NCBI GenBank assembly: GCA_002256025.1 | Contig: NKIB01015041.1 | Span: 1 to 38,649, forward strand | DNA from: Asterionella formosa | Lineage: Eukaryota | Direction of reading: 5' to 3' | DNA: 38,649 nt | Shown: piece by piece, positions 20,956 to 33,742 of the stretch | Layout: every line of letters begins with the position of its first letter | Position numbering within the stretch: position 1 is the first letter of the stretch | Position numbers and translations under genes: made by a program | The notes under the pieces: generated by a model | Database searches by the model: none | What the model saw: only the letters and a program-made list of their open reading frames with translations | Told to the model about the DNA's origin: nothing

Positions 20956-21681
20956 ATGGGAGGGGTCAGTGGAAAGGTAAGTCACAGCGACTCCTTAGCA
21001 GGTGCGTGCACGCCACCGCTTGCTGCTGTTAAACTTCCCAACATCGAAAGGAAGGAAAAGCTTTACAACGTCACAGTTCCAAAGTTCAAAAGCGGCGGTC
21101 AGGAGTGTACGGTGACCATTGCTGGTCAGAGTTTCACAGTCAAAATTCCTCCAGGAAAGAAAGAAAACGATTCCTTTACAATCTCTGTTCCAGACATCAC
21201 CAAAATCTATGCATCTTCACTCCCAACACTTCCAGGTTTGGTTGTCCTGATGGCCAAACCTATGATTTTTTCAGTTGTCGCTGAAGCCTTCTACATTGAT
21301 CATGGCAATACTTCTTCTGTTGATTTAAATGGATTATCAAAGAAAGTCGGAAAGCTCATTCAAGAAGCTCAAAGCAAAATTCTCCAGAAGGCGGTTGCGT
21401 GTGGATGTAATGCTGTTCTAGGCATCAGTTTCACTTTGTCCAACGATTCTTCTGGTCGGGATCACGTGCAAAGGAATCTCCAGAAAGCGGCAATAGTTGC
21501 TTTTAATGCTGCCACAGACAGCAGCTTCACTGTGTCCAGCTCTTCAAGTCGGGACGGTCTGCAAAAGCTCATTTGTGTGATGGCAAGTGGCACACCATGT
21601 ATTGTAAATACGGCAGAGGACAGGCCAATCGCTTCGGTACAGGCATTTCCCGAAAACAACAATGTTGTACATACCATGTGA
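20956..21681 (+). CDS. YbjQ/UPF0145-like domain protein
   Basis: LIQEAQSKILQKAVACGCNAVLGISF...LICVMASGTPC matches the YbjQ-type A...G.NAV.G...GT pattern. N-terminal MGGVSGK is a possible myristoylation site. Confidence 0.65.
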   Translation: MGGVSGKVSHSDSLAGACTPPLAAVKLPNIERKEKLYNVTVPKFKSGGQECTVTIAGQSFTVKIPPGKKENDSFTISVPDITKIYASSLPTLPGLVVLMAKPMIFSVVAEAFYIDHGNTSSVDLNGLSKKVGKLIQEAQSKILQKAVACGCNAVLGISFTLSNDSSGRDHVQRNLQKAAIVAFNAATDSSFTVSSSSSRDGLQKLICVMASGTPCIVNTAEDRPIASVQAFPENNNVVHTM

Positions 21682-21747
21682 TTTAGGTCAGTAATGTTGA
21701 TCACAAGCACATTTGATGTATCTCATCCATGCTCCTCACCAGCAATG

Positions 21748-21990
21748 CTCCCCAGATAAAAAGAAAAGAAAACCGAAAATTATATTTATTTACATTGAAA
21801 ATATCAACTGCATTGACTGATTAGCCTTGGTTCCAGCGCAATTAATTCTTCCAACTACTCAGTAGCCTCTAATTACTAACCTCTCCCCAGATAGAATGAA
21901 GAGATATCGAAATATTCATATATCGGCATTGAAACACAAGCTGAATAGCCTTGGATCCAGCACAACTAATTCATGCAATTATTCAGTATA
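21748..21990. repeat. Degenerate ~135-bp direct duplication downstream of the YbjQ-like gene
   Basis: ctccccagata...gcattga...tagccttggttccagcgcaattaattcttccaactactcagta recurs as ctccccagata...gcattga...tagccttggatccagcacaactaattcatgcaattattcagta. Confidence 0.7.
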
Positions 21991-22032
21991 ATTGCTGTCC
22001 ACAGATATTTGTGAAGGAATTCACCTATTTAT

Positions 22033-22186
22033 GAAGGAAGGTAGTGGTGAGTGGATGGATCAGGGTAAAAGAAAAATATTTCTGAGTAATGACTTGATCT
22101 CCTTACAAGCAATGTTTAAACTCTGAGCTTTGTATTCAATTGCTGGGTCAGTTGGACTACCATGCTATGCTTGCTTTCCATATACA
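22033..22186 (-). pseudogene. Decayed fragment of an LPMO gene (end of exon 1 plus part of intron 1)
   Basis: Translates VYGKQA*HGSPTDPAIEYKAQSLNIA|gtaag versus VDGKQAWNGSPTDPAIEYEPQSLNVV|gtaag in the gene. The intron motif gaaggaag(a/g)tagtggtgagtggatggatc is shared with ~14685-14713. Confidence 0.85.
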
Positions 22187-25100
22187 CTGAACTCTGCAGG
22201 GACATGTATTAGAATGCCTTGAGCAACAAGATCACTCAAACTTGGCGCTGCATAGGTCCAGAAATGTGGCACCTGTTGAAACCATAAATAATACTACAAA
22301 GAATAAGGCCAGATTTGACAGAAGCTTTCTTATTATTGAATCAGATCTTGAAAAGTGCATATAGAAACTCCATAACCTGACAATTGTTTGCTATTCAACA
22401 TATAAAAAGTAAGGGGATTATTATCATCATTTTCAGGGTACTCAAACTGATTGTGTCTGAAGGCCATGGATCCAATTGTATCATTATCTTGTCCATGTAG
22501 GTATCCAATAATTTTTCCCAAACTGCTCTATCGGAAAAATACCTTGCATCCAGCTCACTCATCTGTATCCAGCTGCTTTAAAATAATCACAAACATGTCT
22601 AAGTTGTTTTAGAGATATCTGTTGAATCAACATGTCTTTTATCATCATCAATCTTCCTTTGCTGTCAATGAAAATATCAACAACAACAACAGCAACTCGT
22701 GCAATTTTACAAGTAATGACAAGCATAATCATATGAGTAGCAATGATGTTGATCCCTCCACCCAAAAATCTTTTCTGTTGCTGCCATTAGAGATAGAAAT
22801 GGTGTCTTTGTTTATTACATTTAAACATGACGTATATAAATCTATAAAATTAGTGATGCCTTAACGCTGAAACTACTGCGATACACAGCACGGATACACA
22901 TTTCCGAGCAACAAAAAAGTGTTACTGGAAGCAACATATTATCCAGATGTGTGAGATACCAAAAATTGGGCCAAGTAACATATTTTTCCATGTTGTATCT
23001 CTAAGATTTGGCCCAACACTCTTTCGCAAAGTATAAACAAGGCAAGCATTAAAAAGACCACACAAGTGCTAAATCAGATCAGAAAGGAACCCCCTGGTTG
23101 TTAATCTATGTAGGCTTCCGGGCTCCCTTGTGGGAATCGGGAACAAAAAGGTGACATTGTTTCCATGGCGAAAGAGCAAACAGTCATATCGGGTCGTGAC
23201 GATATGACCAAGCAACCAACATCATCTGTAAAACAACTCACCAATGTAAAGTTGGGGAAACGAAGCGAAGTTTTCACAGAAAACCCAAGAAAGGTAGATG
23301 CAATTAATGTCAACACTAACAAACGAAATGAAGAAAACAGCATGTCACTGACAAGAATGGCGTCGATTGATGGAAAGCTTCCAAGATCCAAGGAAATGGC
23401 AATTGGATATAAGAAGGTTAAGGAGCAACAACAGCTTGAGAGAGTGAATGGAAGGTGCTGAATGACTTTTTGAAGTGTCATATCAAGCCATTTTTCTAGA
23501 CCATGGCAAAGGCTTCCACTGACGCTGACAATGGGTCGAGTGGTTACTGGTGTTTTGTGTACCTTTGCTCCTAGTAAGTAGAAATAGGTGAATAGGTCCC
23601 TTATTTGTAATGATCGATGTTGGAAGAATTTAGAGATTGTTTCTTTTTTGTTGAATTATTTCTAGATAAAGTTTAGAATCATTTTGGAGATTGCTTTCAT
23701 ACGAAGAAAGCTTTATTTGAGAATGCTTCCAAGATTAGCTGAGAGATGAAGAAGTCGAAAATAACAAATTGGGGGGATTTGATTATTTCAGAGATTCATC
23801 ACTTATATCATGATATCTGTTTGTAGAAACCTTTGTAGGCGTTGCTCTCCCTGTGACAACAGCACGGTAAAGGAGGCACTAGCACGCACAGTGAACAATC
23901 CACCAACTTCACCAAAAATTTTACATCGTCACACACCTCTGGAATCGTGATCCTTGTCCTCCATTTGTCGTTTTTTTGTCTTGCAGCACCTCACATGTCG
24001 ATTGTAGTGCTTAGGCAGTGGCCTAGAGCTGAAGGAATTGTTCACAGTGTCCCCAATATGAAAATCATACAGAGGAACTTCCAACGGTAAGTGACAAGCA
24101 ACAGACAGGATATTGTTGCACAATTTTGTCCACCAGAATCTCACTCAGTTGTCATTTTCGTTCCTCTTCGTTCGTGAGAAAGCAGTGATAACGATGGTAT
24201 GAGGATTGATTTGGTTTGAAAGAAAACTGGCTTATTGAAAGTCCAAGAAGCATCCTGCAAGGCAGACATCAGCAATCAGACAAGGAACCAATCAGAGACG
24301 ATTTCAAGCAACGCTACAATCAACTGAGCAGCAAGGACTGGGGAAGCAACAAACGGGTATTTCAATGGCCAGGTGCACTAGTGATGGAGGTGTGGCAATC
24401 GCAGATGGATTGTTCGGAATCAATTTTTGGAAATGCCATTGCATGCAAAACCCCTAGCAAAGAATGGCCTACTACAGATCGGTCAGATTGTCAAAGTGCC
24501 TCAAAACAAATGATATTATCTTATCATTAATTCCTATAGGTTTTTATCATGATACATGTTCATTAGTTCACCAATGCAACCAAAAGCACCAACATTGTTG
24601 ATCAGCTGGTTGATTTAAAATTGCTAGTGGTTTTCTCGTGTTATATTGTGCTCAAGGGGTATCTTCATGGCCAATTTTTCCAAAATAAGAAAGGAGTAAC
24701 ATAAAGTTTTATGGGCATTTCTTGAGAGACTCTACTAAACCTTTGGTGAAACTCGAAAAAGAAGTTTTATCTATAAAAAAAACTTGCTAAAACTAACCTG
24801 AAAACTATCAACATTTGATTATGGAGAAGGTTACATGATGTGAAAGTAAAAACGTGTTTTCATGGACCTTCCTTTGGCAGTCAATGTAGGGTCTGAACTG
24901 TGGTCGTACTGGTTGGTACCTGGTACTGGTACCATGTGGGAGGATGGTACCAGGTACCTTGTACCAGGGTGAACACCTGGGTACCTGGTACTGGTACCAG
25001 TAACACGAGGCGCAACAGCGGCCCCCACCACCAGCCAACAAGAAGAATGACAAACGCCAGCAGCTGCGCTGTGCGTCACCATACCGGTACGTACTATCGT

Positions 25101-25780
25101 ACATCCATTCGCCATCATTGCGAGTATATTCGAATGATACTTATCGTCCTCGTTCCATGAATTTACCAGTTGGAAGCTTTCCATTGGTGGATATTGTTCG
25201 AATCTATGGAAGGGCCGAAACGAATCTTTGTGCCCGCCTTCCTGTACCAGGTACTGGCCAGGACTACATATACTTACCGGTACTTAGGGTACGGTGTCCC
25301 GTAGTTTAGTAGAGGGGCGATGGCATGATACATACGGGTGTAAGGGGCACCAGGTACCTGGTACTCCGGTACTGGTACCAACTACTCCCCACTCCATTTT
25401 AGGCATGTATCATGCAAATGGTATAGTATCTGGTGGTATTGATGCAACCTGGTACGGTATGGTACTTTGTACTAACTACCGGTATATGATTCCACTCGTC
25501 GGATCATCACTTGCCCTCGCTCTGCCGCCCGCCTCACCCTACTTGCTACTCATGTGAATATCTACATAGTGGTCCACTGTTCCGTACCGACGGTGCTGTC
25601 CGCGTTTGACCTCTTTCTCGGCCCTTGATATTTTCCAAGGTATAGTGGTATGTACCCCACTATGTAGATACGCATGTATCGAAGATACTTTCATGGTGTA
25701 CCTGTAGTCTACCGGCATATGTAGCTATCATTGCTCTGATTTGACACCGACATTGCTTATTGCTTGCAGTGTAGACTCTC

Positions 25781-25849
25781 TCATCTCTCTCTCTCTCTGT
25801 TGTCCCTGTAGCTCCTATTACTATTACTACAACTACAACTACAACTACA
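25781..25849 (+). repeat. (TC)n and (CTATTA/CAACTA)n microsatellites immediately upstream of the SQD1 ATG
   Basis: tctctctctctctc followed by ctattactattactacaactacaactacaactaca|atg. Confidence 0.85.
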
Positions 25850-27408
25850 ATGAAGCTTCTCCTCGTGACCTCCTTGTTGCCAATTTTGGCAAGCGGGTTT
25901 GTGATTCCAGCCAATACAAACGTGTTTGGTTCAGTGATTCGTCCTCCTCGTCCCACTTCCACTTTCACTACGACGTTCACGTCCACCACGACTAGTCTGT
26001 TTGATACCACCAACGGCGTCAATGGAAGTGCTGAGAAGAAGAAAGTCATTGTCTTGGGTGGAGATGGATTCTGTGGATGGCCCACATCGTTGTACTTGTC
26101 GGATCTCGGACATGACGTTGTCATTGTGGATAACTTGAGTCGTCGTACGATTGATATCGAGTTGGGATGTGATTCCTTGACACCCATTCAACCCATGGAG
26201 GTATGTCAGTGTTGTTGTCATGGTTGTGTGTGTGTGTTGAATATTGTCATTTTGTCATTGTTTGGTCATTGTGACGGTTGGTCATTTTTTAGTGTCATGA
26301 TGTACTCACTCACACTTGCTACTACTCTACTACTCTCCTACTACCACAACAACTTCAGGTCCGAATTCAAGCATGGAAGGAAGTTTCTGGAAAAGACATG
26401 AAATTTGTCAATTTAGATGTCGCCAAGGACTATGATCTATTGGTCCAATTGATCAAGAAGGAAGCACCTGATACGATTGTTCACTTTGCAGAACAACGTG
26501 CTGCTCCATATTCCATGAAAACATCCAAAACAAAACGATATACCATTGATAACAATGTCGGGGGAAGTAACAATCTGTGTTGTGCTGTTTTGGAATCCGA
26601 ACTAGATGTCCATATTGTTCACTTGGGGACCATGGGCGTCTATGGATACGGGACATCTGGAGGAGAAATCCCTGAAGGGTACATTGATGTTGTCCTTCCC
26701 GGTGGTCGGGAGGCTAACATTTTGCATCCAGCCTATCCTGGTTCTGTCTACCATGCTACCAAATGTTTAGATGCACTACTGTGGCAGTTTTACAATAAGA
26801 ACGATCAACTACGTGTCACTGACTTGCATCAGGGCATTGTTTGGGGTACCAACACTCCTCAAACTGCCAAAGATGAACGTCTTGTCAATCGCTTTGACTA
26901 TGATGGCGACTATGGGACTGTCTTGAATCGATTCCTTATGCAAGCTGCCATGGGCGTCCCTCTCACAGTCTATGGGACGGGGGGACAAACACGAGCCTTT
27001 ATTCACATAACCGACACGGCACGATGCATTGAAATTGCCATGATGAATCCACCTAAACTTGGAGAACGTGTGGAAATCTTTAATCAAGTGGCAGAAACAC
27101 GTCGTGTGCGAGATATTGCGCAATTGGTGGCAGGCATGACCAATGTGGAAGTCAACTTCATCCCCAATCCTCGTCAAGAAGCGGCTGAGAATGAATTGGA
27201 TGTGGCCAATAACAAATTTTGTAGTTTGGGACTTGAACCCATTTTGTTGGGAGAAGGATTGTTTGATGAAGTGACAAAAGTGGTGAAGAAATACCAGGAC
27301 CGATGCAACCCAACCAAGATTTTGCCTGCTAGTTTCTGGAACAAGAAGCGGGCGGAGGAGTGTGCCACGTTGGATCCAAACAGTATCAAGCTCAAGGTGG
27401 CAGAGTAA
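25850..27408 (+). CDS. SQD1: UDP-sulfoquinovose synthase, plastid-targeted; exons 25850-26200 and 26359-27408
   Basis: VLGGDGFCGWPTSLYLS, VHFAEQRAAPYSM, HLGTMGVYGY, YPGSVYHATK, TDLHQGIVWG, RFDYDGDYGTVLNRF, NPRQEAAEN. GT-AG intron at 26201-26358. Signal peptide plus ASG-FVIP (ASAFAP-like) and an S/T-rich transit peptide. Confidence 0.97.
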
Positions 27409-28498
27409 GAATCATCACAAAGGGCTCATACGATTGGAACTAATGACATTTATATATATATATATACATTTAATAATAACAGATATATGTATATATTTAA
27501 TTATATAAATAAATTCTTTAGCAAACCATGGTCTTTGGACATTCTGTCAATGAGTGGGCTAAATGGCACTATTGGGCGGTTGATAGGTTTCCAAACTAAG
27601 AAAAACACCAGTTTGCCTGCTGCACCACCTGACTCACAAGAATCATTGAAAAGTGTGAGCTGAACCTTGTGATGTGACATGATTGCTCCTCACTAGACCA
27701 AATGCCTTGACATAAACTACAAAAGAGTACTTGTCTTTGTTAATCCATTTTTCCTTGTATGAATCACAAATGTCTTGCAACAAAGACCAAATGCATGATT
27801 CTTCACCCACCAAACCCAATTTTGTGAGAATTCTGTGTGGTAGGTGGGGTGGAGCATCACTCTCACAGGTTGCTTCATGATGTTACTACCTGGTACCGGT
27901 ATGAAGTGGATACAATATTCGCCTCTTTCTCATCATCACTCCACAACTAACCACTGGCATCCGAACATCATGATCTCATCATGATGGTTCGGTATGCCCC
28001 TATATAAGCATAAATAACGTATATAAACACCTCATGTATCAATATAAAAATATGTAGGAACCGGAAGTACGACATGTACAGGCGGTTTTACTCGCAATGA
28101 TGCAATTTGCAGCAGCATAGAGTGAAGCCGCCACACACATGTAAATGTCAGTATGTATTTAGCCAAATTATTTGTAAGACCTTCAGTATCCATTATGTAC
28201 ATAAGATATTAAACCATATCTGAACGGTAAAGTATCGAGATACTCATTACTGTAGTGTTTAAAATGATATGAATGTAACGGCAGAAAGAATTTTTCTGTT
28301 GCTGACAGAAAGACATATTGTGATGCATCCATGCACATCGATTGGAGCATGGAGTATATAGAATAGTTGAGATCACGGTTAGATTCGCATCCTTTCGCGT
28401 CGGCCGAGCTACACTCTATCCCATCGCCATTTTTATTAGGAGAGTCGTAACCAAGAAATCTCTCATTTTTGATTTCAAAACAAAGTGGCCGGCCCACT

Positions 28499-29835
28499 AT
28501 GGTCTTGATCAGACGCCAAACACCATGTCCAGCGAAGATCTCCACAAGGGATTGGACCTCATCTGTAGCTTACGGAGATGGACGGCGCATGACACCGAAG
28601 AGTTGTCAGGTGGAATCTCCCATTATGAGCAATCGTATGATTTGGTCTCCAGAAAACAACACGTCGTCAGATCCAAAAACCTCTTTTACTTTTGAACAAA
28701 GTCCACAGCGACGATGGGGTATTCCACAATCTGTTCTAAAAGTGTTGTACATCTTGGTGGCAATGTCGTGGTTGGGAGCGATTGTTGCGATGCGACATGC
28801 CAAAGCAAGATTGGAAACGTCTCAACAGGATCAACGAGTATTACTGGAAGCTACAGCGAATGACAACAACATTTTCAAGTCCTTGCATAGCGATAAAATT
28901 TCTCAAGCTGCTATTCTTCAAAGAAACATTGAACAATTGAAACACGAGAATGCCATGTTGCAGCATGAATTGCGAATGCTAGCAGCACAAGAAGAAGACA
29001 CAGCAGATGAGAATAATGGAGAACTAGAACACGGATCAATTCTAAGCTATATGGAGAGTCGACAAACTTTGTTGCAGCGCAAGGTCAAGACTTTAGAAGA
29101 ATACATTCAAAATGAAAGTCGTGAGGCCTTATTGCAAAAGTGAGTACACTGTCTACAAAAGAGACTCGTTAATGAATGTAACACATACACACAAATGATA
29201 ACAATTGGAAATGTAGTGATACCAACAACTAACCACATTTTATCTTTCCATACGTTCCAAGGTACGGACCTGCCCCGCACCGAGTTGAGTTTACAGTCCA
29301 GTTCTCAGACGACAATACGAAGCCGTCCTTCGTCATTGAAGTTGCATCTGATCTTATGCCTCATTCTTCCAAACTGTTCCTGGACCAAATCCATAGTCGA
29401 TTGTGGGACAATTCCGTCTTTTGGCATCACGAAGGGGTGGATCATGTCATTTCCTCAGCAGCGGTACTATACAAGACTGGAGATACTCGCTACCATCATT
29501 TTGATGCACTCAATGTTGGGGGTGTTCGTTTTGCTGAATATTCCCCACAAATGCCACATGTACCCTGGACTGTTGGATTTGCTGGTAAGGGACCAGAATT
29601 TTATATCAATACAATAGACAATACACAGTTGCATGGGCCTGGTGGCAATGCTCATCACGAAAATGCTCCAGATGAGGGCGATCCATGCTTTGGAAGGGTT
29701 GTGAGTGGTCTTTCTGTCGTCAAACAAATGTATGAGCTTTCGAAACGTCAATCAGAGCAGAGCTCGAAAAATAGACGGTGGCACGACAATGAATTGACTC
29801 ATATTATCAAAGCCCAACTTCTTGTCAACAATTAG
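28499..29835 (+). CDS. Single-TM coiled-coil protein with C-terminal cyclophilin-like domain; exons 28499-29139 and 29262-29835
   Basis: TM VLYILVAMSWLGAIVA and a heptad-rich region. The GT-AG intron at 29140-29261 gives ...LLQKYGPAPHRVEF...MPHSSKLFL...FAEYSPQMPHVPWTVGFAGKGPEFYINTIDNTQLHG...DPCFGRVVSG. Confidence 0.8.
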
Positions 29836-30599
29836 AGAGTACATAACCCTGACGTGTGTGTGCGTGTGTGTGTGTTTGAATAAAGCAACTGGGATGGTGA
29901 ATCCAGGTTACATAGGGATCAGAAATAATCTCATGGATGCTACAAAAAGAATTACGTCGATTTCAATTCGACACAATATGCTATCCTCAAATTTCTTTAT
30001 ACAGTAAATTTAGTCTACCAGTAGAAGATTTGGAAGTTACAAAAGTTTGGGGCAGTGACATTTTCTGACTAGACCTAAAGGATACTACATCTGTAAAGAT
30101 TTTGTGGCAAAACCTCATCCTAATACGCATCCAATACAATACGTTTCACCACCACAATAATGGTATCATGGACAAGGGATTACCAATGAATAATTATGCA
30201 GTCAATGCCAGAAATGGCACAATGGCGGTACCAGGGTACCCACCACCTTGCAGAGCATATCGTTTTGCAATACGGTATTAGCCTTGTCTCATTGTAGTTA
30301 GTAACACTGCTCCTGCAGCAGAGGAAGAATTTTTGCAATCGTCGAAAATGAATTCCGGTGTACATATAATGGCTGAAATACCGAATATGCTGTAAGGAAA
30401 TTTTATAGTAAGTGTAACTCGACTAGGTGAAGGATGGTGGGTCGCACTGGAGCGTGAAGCGCCCCCTATGGGTACTAACAAGATCAGATAATTTCAGATG
30501 GGCAACAGGGTTGAGTACAACAGACGAGATACTGGGAGATTTTGCCCTGCCAACTTCGGTCGCGTTTCACTTGGCTGATTAGTTGGGCCTGTCCAGCAC

Positions 30600-31900
30600 A
30601 GAAAATAGCTAGCCATGCCTCCATTAGGGAGGGGGTGTGCTGAATCCTTTGGATCTGGCAGAGACCAAAGAGATGTCCTCTTTCATCTAGGAATTGAGAC
30701 CTGATGCTGATAAGCTGAGGTGATGTTGGTAACTAACATCCGGATGTGTTTTCCTGAGACTTCCTTAGCATTAGCTCCATATATGAAGGCATTGCGGTCT
30801 GTCCAAAGGGTAAAAGAATAGGAGTGAAGCAGATGAATAACTGGGCGGGACAATGTGGCAGCAATGTAGTCTTTATTGGGATACCGTTGACACATGTAAC
30901 CCTACATAGAAAGGCCCCAGGGAGTGGAAAGGTGTCTGTGGAAGACACTGTTCCACCCTAGAGCTGATTGCTGGAGGAATGCAGTATGGACAGAGACCTT
31001 GGTAAGACGTTCAGTTGAGAGTGGAGGAGGAAGAGACCAGGTGACAGGATTGCTGTCTTGCCAAGCCGTAATAACTGCCTCCAGGGCAGTTAAAATAATT
31101 TGAGGGGTTTGAAATTTTTCAACGAAGGACTGGCAAACGAGGGTCCACTGTGTTTGATGGGTTGAGACTGCTGCGGGGCAGAGGAGTGCGTGGTCATGAA
31201 ATTCCACTGTCATGCTGCAGCGGGGAAAATTTGGAGTATTGTGATGTCAGCGCCAGTGTAGTTGTTTGTAGGTGGGCCATTGGCCTTTTATGAGTTTAAA
31301 CATGGCAAGGCAATTTCCATAGGAAAGATGTTTGAGATCTTGTGATGATTGAAGCCAATCAATTGACTCAAATACTTCTTTGCTCCAACCAAAGGAGGTC
31401 TGAAGGTAGAAGAATTGTTTTGGAGTATAGTATGAGAGAAGAAGAATGTCACGAAGATGGGAAGCGACTGGTTGGTTTGCTACAGTCAGGGAGGGATGCA
31501 TGGACCTCGGGCAATTGATGGAGGGTGAGAGTGGGTTGGCATTGAGTGTAGGCAAGATGTGTCAATTGGTCGGCCTGAATGTTGAGCTTGGCAGGAAGAG
31601 ACACCTTAGAGTAGCTAGGGGGTAGGGCCAGAATCCTGGTGACTCTTGACATGAACAGCCACTAGTTGGACGGGTATAGATACAAGAACAACCTGTGTGG
31701 TATGAAGAATATCCCAGTCGGGAAGAGGACAGGCTTGGACTGAGCGAGCAGAGCATTGACTCGACCGTAGAACCAGGGCTTTGTTGTCGATGTGAGCTTG
31801 GCCAGAGATAGGAGTTTCGATTTCCAAGTGGTTTATGATGTGTGAGAAGGGCACGGAGAGCATACAAGGCGCCAAGATACCCGCAACATTCAGTGCTGAA
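30600..31900 (-). mobile_element. Degenerate 3' part of a non-LTR retrotransposon with RNase H and zinc-knuckle remnants (Ambal-like)
   Basis: Broken minus-strand frames in the expected order: HIDNKALV...PDWDIL...HVKSHQD, KLNIQADQLT (RNase H end), FGWSKEVFESIDW, PRCSMTVEFHDHALLCP (Zn knuckle), QQSALGWNSVFHRHLS, LWTDRNAFIYG. Stops, frameshifts and CpG scarcity; boundaries approximate. Confidence 0.75.
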
Positions 31901-33363
31901 GGATTTAAGAGGGGAGCTGAAATACCGAATGTATTATACTGTGCAGTATTTATATATTTAGCAAGCAAAATATAAAACACCTGTTGACACAATCACGACG
32001 ATACCATATGCTGCCGGACACAGAGGTAGGGTCACATGTCTCTCCACCATACTGCATCTGCTGTTAACCATAGAATGACTCCACCAGAGGTACGTTGTAA
32101 TAATCCTCTGCTACTCTCCTTCATTCAAGCTGCTAACCAAGGTATGAGTGCCAAAAACTTACCCAGGTTTGCTATGGAATCAATAATAAAATATTGAGCA
32201 AATATGAAGAATTTTCTCATCAATTCATGTGCTCGGGTAATGCCATGGTGCAATAATCTCCCCTTTCTGCTATTCTGCTGCCATGGGGCATATCTCCCCT
32301 ATCTATTGTGCTCTGAGCATCTGTGTAGGCTAGATCCACCATTGCAGGATACATCCCCCCATTTGAGGAATCGGCAAGCCAGGTATTGGCGATGCTTGAG
32401 AGATGGGAAGACATGTTGAGGTAGCAATCAAAGGAAGGTGGGTGAAGGGGATACATCCATGAGACAGGAAGCAAAGAGATGGAAAGGATGGTAATGACAG
32501 GTATGGGAGGAGAGAATGCGTGCCCCTTGTTAGACTCTTATGGACATAATGAGTGCCCCTCCTGGTTAACTCTTATAGGCATGTTGAGAGTCTGTTTAAA
32601 ACTCGGTACCAAGCAAGGTGTAAGTGTAAGGGGGTCACAATCAGTCAGAACCTCTGTTTGGAAAGAGGTGGGGAGTTCAGTTGCAGATCGATTCACACTG
32701 GGATTGAGTGCAGGGGACAGTCCAAGAGACACACGTTCAATGGCAAAGAGCAACTGTATGCAAGCAAAATACATTCAACGGTCAACTTAACTTGTGTGAC
32801 AATCAGAGGTGGCGATGGCCCAGTCCCAGTTGCTGTAGCAATGCTGCCACCATCAGCCTCTGCTGCAGAGGATGACAAGGATGAAGTTGTGATTATGGAA
32901 AAGTGAAAGATGTGTTGTTTGCACAATAAATCGATGTCAGTTGACACCAGAAATTGGAGAAAATATGGAAAATGAGGAAAAATTTTCTTACCATTTACCA
33001 TTAAAAAATATATATACATGATGAAAAATATATGAATGGCTTCTAAAATGCAAAATGAACGACTTAAAAAGTTCGATATTGCAAGATATATCCTTCCAAT
33101 TGTTAAAATGATTCATTTATCTAGTACTTGCATGCATTGGTTGACCTCTATTCAAAGGCTTTTAAATGGGGTCATCTGAACATTTTTCTAATTTTAGTCC
33201 AAAAACGGGGTAATAAAGTGGTCTCAAGCAGTTTTTGACTGGACCACCGTCTTCAGGTGCATATTTTTATGCATCATGACGCACATGCATCCCGGTTTTC
33301 TTCTACGAGTAATCAGAGTTGATTTTTCAACCAAAAAGAGAGTACAAAATCAACCGTCAATGC

Positions 33364-33742
33364 TGTCAAGAATATAGCATCAATGGCTATAATGAGTCAC
33401 AAGGACTGTGGACTCGACTATAGTCCAATGAGTCAAATGGTGCGTTCCCATGTCAAGAAGCTTGCTAACGAGATTGATGTCTTAGATCAATCAGAAGAAG
33501 GTTTACATCAACGAAAAGGGAACACGAAGAACAGGTTCTCGAAGTGTGATGAATGGGATTGAAACTTAGTTTTAGTTTAATCTTATAATTAAGAAACAGT
33601 GAGAATTGACAGAGTAAGGTCAATAGCTAAAACTAGCACGAAGGCTAGCAGCAGAAAGAAGATAACAATACTAGTGGTATAGCAGGTAAGTTCTACGTAA
33701 GAGGAACCCGTCAGACGGGAAGGAGTACGAGACCTTTCAACA
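33364..33742. mobile_element. Solo LTR (379 bp), TG...CA ends, 6-bp target-site duplication CAATGC
   Basis: caatgc|TGTCAAGAA...CTTTCAACA|caatgc, with the duplication at 33358-33363 and 33743-33748. Removing the insert rejoins aaaatcaacc...ggttgatttt into a palindrome. Confidence 0.8.

Noticed and set aside
22800..24800. Short ORFs (23101-23481, 23165-23461, 24216-24530) as genes
   Set aside because: No recognisable motifs or splice structure; probably decayed repeat DNA that I cannot classify.
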